Assembly: GCF_009914755.1 (NCBI RefSeq)
Contig: NC_060942.1
Direction: 5' to 3' (one strand)
DNA from: the human T2T-CHM13v2.0 reference genome, Homo sapiens
Length of the DNA: 64,000 nucleotides
Notes under the pieces: model-generated
Told to the model about the DNA's origin: nothing
The model's input: the letters and a program-made list of their open reading frames with translations, nothing else
Database searches by the model: none
Program-made: the position numbers and the translations under genes
In this document: one piece after another, positions 53,599 to 64,000 of the stretch
Position numbering within the stretch: the first letter of the stretch is position 1
Layout of the letters: every line of letters starts with the position of its first letter

Positions 53599-54815
53599 TA
53601 GGCAGGCACCACATAATGAGGTTTTAGTCAACAACAGACTGTATATAAGACCTTGGTCCCACAGGATTATAATGGAGCTGAAAAATTCCTATCACCTAGT
53701 AACATTGGAGCCTTCTTTAAACCATAGGGCTGTGCATTATTTATATATTTGTGTTGCGGTTGGTGTGAACAAACCTACCCCACTGTCAGTCCTATAAAAG
53801 TATAGCACATACAATTATGTACAGTAGGTAATACTTATTAATGGTAATAAGTTACTAAGTTATTGGTTGGTGTACTTACAGTACTATATCTTAATCTTTA
53901 TTTTAGATTCTACTCTTTCTACTTATCAAAAACTAAAACAAAGTCAACTGTAAAACAGCTCCAGGCAGGTCCTTCAGGAGCTAAACAGAAGAAGGCATTG
54001 TTATCATAGGAGATGACAGTTTCCATGTGTGTTATTGACCCTTCTAAAGACCTTCCAGTGGGACAAAATATGGAGCTTGGAGACAGTAATATTGATAATC
54101 CTGACCCTGTGTAGCCTTAGACTAATGTGTGTGTGTGTTTTAGTTTTTAACAAAAAAAAATTAAACAGTAAAAAAAATAATAATTAAAATGTTTAAAAAT
54201 GAAAAAAGTTTGTAGAATAAAGATGTAAAGAAAAATTATATTTGTACAGCTGTGCAATGTGTTTGTGTTTTAAGCTAAATGTTATTACAAGACTCAAATT
54301 TTTTTAAAAAAGCTTATAAAGTGAAAAAGTCTCAGTGAACTCAAGTTAATTTATTATTGGAGAAAAAATATTGTTATACACTTAGTGTAGCTTAAGTGTA
54401 CAGTATTTACAGTATTACTCTACAGTAACATACAGTTACATACTTGACCTTCACATTCACTCACTGACTTGCCCAGAGCCACTTCCAGTCCTGCAAGCTC
54501 CATTTATAGTAACTGCCTGTACAGGTGTACCATTTTTTATCTTTTATATGATGTTTCTTACTATACCTGTTCTATATTTAGAACACTTAGATAAATAGAT
54601 ACCATTGTATTAGAATTGACCACATTATTTAGTACAGTAACATGCTGTACTGGTTTGTAGCCTAGGAGTTCTAGGCTGTACCATATAGCCTCGATGTGTA
54701 GTGGGCTGTACCATGTAGTTTTGCAATAAGTACACTCCATGATATTTGCACAGTGACAATTTTGCCTAAAGACACATTTCTGAGAAATTCTTCCTGATGT
54801 TGTGGTGCATGACTA
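53599..54815 (+). mobile_element. Tigger3b (TcMar-Tigger, non-autonomous), near full length
   Basis: Degenerate TIRs 'taggcaggcaccacataa' and 'gtgcatgacta'. Diagnostic internals 'gattataatggagctgaaaaattcctatc', 'caggcaggtccttcaggag', 'ccagtcctgcaagctccatt'. About 1.2 kb. Confidence 0.92.
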
Positions 54816-55180
54816 TATTTAAAGGGTAAACGTGGTGTTTTGATATACATATAAATAGTGAAATGATTACTATAGTCAAGTAGATTAACATTTCCATTAT
54901 CTCACATAGTTACCCTTTTCTAAAATTTAAAATTATATTACAGAAATGTTTTAACCAAAATGGTACGGTACTAATAAAAATAGATACCTAAACCAATGAA
55001 ACTAAATAGAAACCAACTAATTTTTGACAAGGGCACTAAGAGGACACAATGGGGAAAAACATAGTCTCTTCAATAAATGGTGCTCAGAAAACTGGATTTC
55101 TACCCAAAAAGAAATGAAACTGGACTCTTACCTCACACCATACACAAAAGTTAACTCAAAATGGATCAAAGTCTAAACAA
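54816..55180. mobile_element. L1MA8/9-like 3' end (-; 53571-53598 plus 54816-54920) joined to an inverted ORF2 piece (+; ~54925-55180)
   Basis: 'atagtgaaatgattactatagtcaag...ctcacatagttacc' on -; 'tttttgacaagggc...agtctcttcaataaatggtgct...tcaaaatggatcaaag' on +. Confidence 0.8.
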
Positions 55181-55346
55181 AATACTTTTGATGCTTAATT
55201 TTGTTCAGTGCAATTTTTGCTTTGACACTAGTTTTGGTTTCTATCCATTCAAAATTTCCCAGTACGCACATTGAACAAGATGCTGGTTAATGTCAAGTGT
55301 TTTAATAAAGTTTAATTTCAGGTGCAACGTGAATAGGTATTACTCA

Positions 55347-55673
<327 letters not shown>

Positions 55674-57174
55674 AAAAGTGGCATACTTGTCTCACAAATA
55701 TATACCTGTTAGTGCTTTATTATTCATTTATCATTACCTGATACTTCTCATTTATTTTCACATGTTTAAAAGACATGGACTGGTTTCAGAGCCATTACAT
55801 TTAAACTGGAAGTTTAATTCAATTCATTGCTCATTGAATTCATCATCATTTTTTTTCTATTGATAGTCTCTTCTCTCTCTCTTTTCTTGCTTTTTCTAGA
55901 CAGTAATTAAAGGTAGAAACCTCATTTAGAGGTAACCTTTAAAGTTTATATTCACAGCAAAAATAAAATTGTCCCCAAAAAGTAAGAAATGGAAAAGGTA
56001 AAATGTAGAGTTAAAGAGACTACAGGACAAAAGTTAAAAGATCATACAAATTCACACAATGCATAGTGCTGAAGGAGACACTTTTATTTTGAACTTATGA
56101 CATTGTAATTCTTGTAAATCTACCAAACTGGACAACATAGATACAATATAACAAGAGATTAACTAAAATGTGTAAATCCGAATTTAAGAATATTAGAAAA
56201 TGAAGTAAGCATTAATTTTATTTAACTGATTAGAGGTTAAGAAAAACACCCCGACTGGATCAATGTTATTTCTTTTTTAGCTGACTTGACTATTTGTGAG
56301 TCTTATTTTTCAATGTATAATGTAGGAAAGAATGCCTCTTCCAAAGCTATGGGAAGCTGTCTGCCCAGACCTACATATTCTAAAGAGAGAAAATAAAGAA
56401 AGCTCAGGAATTATTCAAAATGAGCCAATTCCTCTTTCTGAAACCTCTGGGTCCTCTCCAAAGAATTGACTTTTTACACTTTTTATTTAATAGATAACAG
56501 TTTTGACAATTGCAAATTGATGAACAAGCAGAGAGCCTATGGTAGGCCGGAGTTTCGTGGAACTATGAAATCACTTCTGGTCTTTTGGTTATTGCAGATT
56601 TATTTGCGCAAGGAGATTGTTTGTGAATAGAAGCCTGAACTTTGTGTACATGCAAATTATCAGGTTCCCAGGTGCTGGTATTAACTGAGCATGCAAACTT
56701 AATTGCTTACAATGTTAGAAATTTCAGACTAGGAACTCGGTTGGGTGAAACAGCATTTAGTTTATAGTAAAGCATATAATCATTACACCTTACCTTGTTT
56801 CTGCTATATCTAATGACTGCCAATTTTTAATTGGCAAGAATCAGTTTAAAATTTGTAACTTCAGATTGTGGTATGTGGACTCTTCAAGTGAATAAGACAA
56901 CATATTATAACCATAGACTTATGATCTGAGTTTTTGTGTTCAGATTTTTTTCAGTAGTCAAAGTGCAATAGAATTTAAAAACAAACAAACAGTAATAGAA
57001 TTAAACTGGATTGGACTCCTAGATATTTAAATTGAATCTTAGTCTTTATATTTAATTATTCATTACACTTAAAATTATTACTAGAAGGGAACCAAATTCA
57101 GACAGCAATGAATAGGGTACTAGACAAGATTTTCAGTTTGAAAATCTTCATAGTTGTTCAAACTGTATACTCTA

Positions 57175-57493
57175 TTTTTAATTTATTATTATTTTATTCA
57201 TAAATTTATTTATTTGAGACAGTCTCATTCTGCCTCCCTGACTGGAGTGCTATGGCATGATCTAGGCTCACTGCAATCTCCACCTCCCTGGTTCAAGCCA
57301 TCCTCATGCATCACTCCTGAGTAGCTGGGACTACAGGCGTGCACCACCACCCTTGGCTAATTTTGGTATTTTTAGTAGATACAGGGTTTTGCCCTATTGG
57401 TCAGGTTGGTCTTGAACTCCTGGGCTCAAGTAATCTGCCTGTCTTGGCCTCCCAAAGTGCTGGGATTACAGGTGTGAGCCATCACGCCCAGCC
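57175..57493 (-). mobile_element. AluJ
   Basis: Full dimer. 17-bp TSD tcaaact(g/a)tata(c/t)tcta at 57158-57174 and 57494-57510. Confidence 0.93.
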
Positions 57494-58286
57494 TCAAACT
57501 ATATATTCTAAATTGACGCAAAGTCACTTATTCTTTTCTTAGGTTGGAATAAATTAAGTGCAGAAAAAGTGGAATGACTGTGCACACTTATTTATCTCCT
57601 CATCTAACATATTAGTTTGCATTTAGTAACAAAAGTAAAGGATCAGTGATGGAATTCTCCCAGCTATTTCAGTATAACATTGTATCCTTTGTGATGCTGA
57701 ATCAGACACTGGAATTGCTATATGGTTTCTCTGTCTTAGAAAATGAACTATACAGAACCATTACAACTAAGTTTATCTATAAATATAGAAATTTCATTCA
57801 TTACTACCCAGCTGTGTTTGCTTAGCCAAGTGATAATAATGGATTACACTGGAATGCAAAAAACAATGGCAATATGGATTGGCTAGGAAAGCAGTAAGCT
57901 AGTAAAGGACACACTGGAATCCAATTTGAAGTTTTTAGCCTCAATTAAAATGTCCGGGAAGTAGCAGAGTAAATGGATCAAGCTGGGATGAAATAATCTA
58001 AACCATTTCAACTCTTCAAAGTACATCAGAGTTCTGCCAAACTTAAGAAACAAAATTATTGACAATAATGGACCTTTGGACACAGTAGACTCATTCATTC
58101 TTTTGTTTTAAAACACATTTTTGTTTATTGAGTTTCTCATATATCTCAAGCCGTGTGTTATCTCTGAAAATATATAACATTTTTACATCAGTGTAATGAT
58201 CTCTGGTGAAGATCAAGCTTTATCTTTATTTTATTAAAACAAGTCTGTCCCACAGCAGGTAGCCTGACTACATTTCTTTTCCATAG

Positions 58287-58328
58287 AAAACTGCACCATT
58301 CAGAACTAATTGCAAAGTGCCTAATCAG
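58287..58328 (+). other. Candidate 42-nt internal exon
   Basis: Branch-like CTGAC at 58264-58268, pyrimidine tract 'tttcttttcc', TAG acceptor, consensus donor CAG|GTAAGT. Frame 0 is open (KTAPFRTNCKVPNQ). Confidence 0.45.
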
Positions 58329-60399
58329 GTAAGTTTTTCATCGATTACTTCCACCTTGCTGCAATTAGACACCAAATCATCAGATTGCTAATGAATCTTC
58401 AGAGAAACAATAAAGCAAATACTCTTTTGATGAATTCATAGAAAAATTTGGTAGCTCAAGTAAGGATTAATAGCATTACAGTATAGTAGAATTTACTCTC
58501 ATTATTTCAGGTTATTAATTGATCTACACAGAATGCCAGAAAACTCATCTTTGAGTTAAGAAACGCAGAGAATATGAGATATTTAATTGGAAAACTAAAT
58601 GGGAGTAAGTGACAATAAACCATCTTTTTATCCTTGTTTTTTCTTATCTTTGCTTGCAGATAGTAGGGTGCCTTCATCATTATGCCTCTGTGAATAACTA
58701 GTGTAGAATCATCTTGCCATTTAAATAGTAACCTGCTTTGAGTTCTATTGTTTTCTATCCTGACAATGCACCATTTTCTCAATGCACTATGAGAGGCTAA
58801 CATGTGAGCCCATTCCCAAACTTGTGTGGCACAATATAACAGAAGCCACCTAAGGGAAAGTTTGGCAGTGACCTCACCTTTGTGGGTATGCTTTGAGGTC
58901 AATGGGGGCACTTTCTATTTTGATGCTGCATTTTATCCAAAGTGACATTTGCCTTGAGCTTTTCACTGCTAATGCTGATACTGCTGGGGTTATGTCCAGA
59001 AAGAATGGGACATGGCCTTTTGGGACAATAGTTCCTCCAGAGGAAGTTCAGTTTCAATTAAACAAAGAAAAATGAAATGTTGATATAAATCAGAAGTCCC
59101 ATAAATGTTCAGGTTTTGGAGGCATATTAAGAAATTTGTATCCTTTTTTAATTCTTCCACTTTTAATGCTTTAACATGAAGGAACAAATCTGATTTCATT
59201 TTCAGGAATTTATATAAAATATATTCATTTATTCATTCATGTGTTGTTTTTTGGGCACCTATTGTGTATAAAGCCAGCCATAGAACAAGTTATAAACATG
59301 CTTTAAGAGGAGCCTATAATCTAGTGTGTTAAATAAATCTGATCCCCTAAAATTACATATATTCTAACAGTATTTCAAGTATTATGATGCTTCATAGCAT
59401 TAAAAAGATTAAGAAAGTTTTTAAAATGAAGGTACAATTTGAACATGAATTGATTCACAGTATTTTCATACTGGTGGTAGAATCTAAAGCAATCCACCTG
59501 AACAAATAAGGGCAGCACAGACGGAATCGTGAAGGCTCACAAGATATTTATAAATATGGGAGACTTTCTAATTTAGAATAAACCCCTTTAAATCTTTCAT
59601 ATAAGCATATAAAGTAACTTAAAGAGCCCAAATAAGGCATTAAAGGCATATGGAGGCCTCCCACTTTTCCATATATTAATGTCAGCCACCTATATGAAAA
59701 TTATCCCATGTCTATCTACAACCATATGGAAAAACCATGAGAATAAATGGACATCATCTAATGCAGTGTTTGGGGAATAACTAGAATGCAGGGAAGATGA
59801 TATAACCAGGTGGGTATATCAAGAGGGCCAGAAGAACTGGCCTTGGACAATACTCCACTGCTGGGATTTGGGTGGAATGCAGAGTCAAGGGAATCCTAAC
59901 ACTTGAAGAACTCAGATACTCAGATAACATCAGGAAGAGACTGTTCCTAAATATACAACTATTTAGAACTTGATAAAGATTTGGCTGATCAGAGCCAGGA
60001 TATGAAAAGGGGAGGATGTTGAAATGTGCAGGCATAAGCAATGGCAGTATTGCAAAATTTTCACTTGTAGAAGGAAATTGGAAGCATTTTGGAAAGCAGT
60101 ATCTCTTAGATGAAATTTCCAGTAATGAGGGACAGAGAAGAAAAAAATGGCTGGTGATTAAGCTTTATGGAAACAGTATGATATCTAACTATACGTAATG
60201 TAATATAGAAAACATTATACATATATAGGTATATAGGAATGAAATTGTAAAAAATAGACAATGTATACTTGCACACACACACTCACCCTGGTGGGCACTT
60301 CAACATTGTACCATGGCGTGATGACACACGGCTCCATTCCCCAAAGGCTTTTGTAGCTGTTATTTCACTTGCCTGCTTCAGATGCATTTGCCACAAATA

Positions 60400-61450
<1,051 letters not shown>

Positions 61451-61479
61451 TAAATTTAAAAAAATTTTTTTTTAAAAAG

Positions 61480-61645
61480 TTGGGGGTTGGGGGTCTAGGG
61501 GAGGGAGGGATAGCATTAGTAGAAATACCTAATATAGAGGCCAGGTTGATGGGTGCAGCAAACCACCATGGCACGTGTATACCTGTGTAACAAACCTGGA
61601 CATTCTGCACATGTATCCCAGAAGTTAAGTATTAAAAAAAAATGG
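61480..61645 (+). mobile_element. L1PA7-like 3' terminal fragment
   Basis: 'gggagggatagcattag...ttgatgggtgcagcaaaccaccatggcacgtgtatacc...gcacatgtatcccaga' plus A-tail. Confidence 0.92.
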
Positions 61646-61662
61646 AAAAACAAAAACAAAAC

Positions 61663-61821
61663 AATACTAAAATTAGCAAGGTGTGGTGACATGTACCTGT
61701 AATCACAGCTACTTGGGAGGCTGGGGCACAAGAATCACTTGAACCTGGGAGGCAGAGGTTGCAGTGAGCCAAGATCACGTCACCACCTTCCTGCCTGGGC
61801 AACAGAGTAAGACAAGGTCTG

Positions 61822-61853
<32 letters not shown>
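61663..61853 (+). mobile_element. Alu right monomer with a pure A32 tail
   Basis: 'aaaattagc...cctgtaatcacagctact...gggcaacagagtaagac', then A at 61822-61853. Confidence 0.9.
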
Positions 61854-61854
<1 letters not shown>

Positions 61855-62169
61855 AAGGCTAAATGATTTTCTGCTGCTTATATTTAAACTCAATTGAACT
61901 GAAGCTTATTACTTGTTTTTGACAACATACAGAATGCTGCAAGTAGCAACCACTATATTTCAACCTCTAAACATTTTCTGCAATTTTCCTAAAGCTCCGT
62001 CCTCAATTAGTACATGCTCTCTGTCCCAAGAGATTCAACAGAAGATGGTTCAATCAAATGGTTTGCTAGTCTATAATGGAGATTTAAAACTTACTTCCCT
62101 TTATCTTTATCCCAGTCAGTTTCACATAATCAGGCCTGTCTTTTGTAACAAACCACTTCTGGGAACCAA

Positions 62170-62650
62170 TGTGAGTATTACTGATGAATTTTTAGTTAGA
62201 AGTTTCCAAGTAAAATTTATAGATTAAGAAAGGAGTTCATTAGCTCTTACAAAAGTAAAGACCAAGATATGTCTCTGACTTCAGAGATGATTAGAAACTG
62301 TGGCTTCCTTCCATTATACTGCCGGGATAGTAGCTCTCTTTCTCTTAGTTCTTTCTTTCTCTGTATTTGCTTCTTTCCCAGTGGTGGAAGGTGGTGGCTA
62401 AGATAGTCCCCAGTGATTTTCTAGGCATATTTCTCAGACCTAGACATCAGAGCAAGAGCGGAGATAAAGGGAGAGAGAGAAAAAAAGGGGAAGGAAAGAG
62501 ATATTTTCTGATAAAAGACCCAGGGAACAATAATTGCCCTGGCTTGAGGCATAAGCCATTTCAGAAAAAAAAAATGTGGTATAACCAATGGATAGGATCA
62601 CTTATACTGTCCAGGCCTGGACTGCATATCCACCACTGAACCATATAGAC
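62170..62650 (-). mobile_element. Old MaLR/ERVL LTR (MLT1J/K/L-like)
   Basis: 'aaaggagttcattagctc', 'tctgacttcagagatg', 'ttgccctggcttgagg', 'gtccaggcctggac'. The adjacent 'accacttctgggaaccaa' resembles the start of a MaLR/ERVL internal region. Confidence 0.55.
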
Positions 62651-64000
62651 TGCAAATAAGCTACTGAGCAGAGAAACACATCTAACCACAACAGGAGTTA
62701 AACAGATAAAGAATGTGGGGAAGAGATTCCAAGCAGCTGGTCTGGTACACACAAAAGTTCCTGTGGAAAAGGGAGATTGGAGATTTACTAGCTGAATGTG
62801 TGTATAGTAGATAGAGACCAGCATTAACAGTGTCAGAAAATAAAAGAATATACACACAAGATCTACATGGTATCATTAGGAATTATATATACCCTTTATC
62901 CTAAGAACAATGAGAATGCATTCTATGTGTTTTTTCTTTAATAGGAAAAGTGAGTTCACATTTGCATTTTGAAAAGATTACTCTGTAGCATGGAGGGCAA
63001 AAATGTTGCAGGCATTTCTGCTTGCTGGCTACTACCGGGTGCCACGGGAGGAAGCCGCTGAGTTGTACTGCAGTACTAACCCAGCTTCTAACCTTGTTAT
63101 GCTTTCTACAGACCTGGTAATGCTTTTCTGATTTTTCATTTTGTATTCCTCTCAGATTAGGATTCCTATTTCCTCTACCTGTTGGTCTTGGACCACCCTG
63201 GCTGAGCATTTGCCCAAGCTAGGCTGAACGTCAAGGACCCCTCATCTGAGTGGTGCCCCTGTGGGCAGTGACCCCTAATCTCATTCTCCGCATGCAAAAA
63301 GGAGCTGAACAAAAACTGGGAGAGGTGACGTGGAAATCGAAGGTCTTTATGACTAACTTTAAATCATATTTTTGTGTCCTGAAAGCTGGCTAGGAAGTGA
63401 AATCGACAGGAAGTAAGCTGAGATAGGGAGGACCACAGGACATATGGACAGAACATTATTTAACATATTCAAATTCTGATTGAAAGGATGGTAAAAGTAA
63501 ACATTTGGACAATTTCTATCTCATCTTATTATGTCTCTCCCTTTCTCCCGCCTGCTCTACCTACTTTCTTTCTCTGAGTTTGCCTTTATTCTCCTAGGAT
63601 AATCTAGTCTAGACATGGGTTCATAGGCTCAGTGAGATATTTTCAATATCTTAGGCATTTGTACTTTGTTTTCTCTTCTCTTTACTCTCCACTTATTCAT
63701 TTCTTATCTTTTCTGCTTATGCCTTCTCAATAAGCCAAAAAATAATGCAATTTGAATATTGTTGCCTCTTAAAGTACATATTATACTATGTGCTTTGGAA
63801 GTTTATGTAAAATAATGTAGCTTATGTTGATGAGGTCATAATTGCAACAACAATTTCTGAGTATCTGTATGGCAAGACTCTGTGATGAGTGTATTATACA
63901 ATATCTAAGCGGTCTCTTCTACAAAATTAGTCAACTAAATACTGGAAAGTTATTCCAACTAGATTTAATATAAATTTATGAGCACTTTATTAATACAGAA

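Larger units (their letters stand above)
53095..55228 (+). mobile_element. MER67-like ERV1 LTR split by nested insertions (pieces ~53095-53570 and ~55190-55228)
   Basis: 'cttcctgactctaggcccc...catttactctagaaaacttg...ccctttgagatgtaaat' to 'aataaagtctt'; resumes as 'ttaattttgttcagtgcaatttttgctttgaca'. Confidence 0.7.

Overview
Primate (human-like) AT-rich, gene-poor euchromatin, not a microbial sequence. About half of the window is recognisable interspersed repeat: Alu, L1, L2, MIR, MaLR/ERVL/ERV1 LTRs, a two-LTR THE1D provirus, Tigger3b and MER94. It also carries many simple repeats. No long protein-coding ORF is present; the listed ORFs are repeat-derived or chance. The best gene-related signals are a non-CpG-island promoter/first-exon-like segment at about 32.1-32.7 kb (+) and a well-formed 42-nt exon candidate at 58287-58328 (+); I cannot name the gene. 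The most unusual structure is a ~1.15-kb fold-back at 24864-26022: ~200-bp unique inverted arms around a self-complementary TG/CA microsatellite, with an MLT2A LTR inserted into one arm. Other notable items are a three-level nested TE, twin-primed L1s, microhomology deletions and young tandem duplications. Repeat subfamily names come from remembered consensus sequences, and identities are by-eye estimates.
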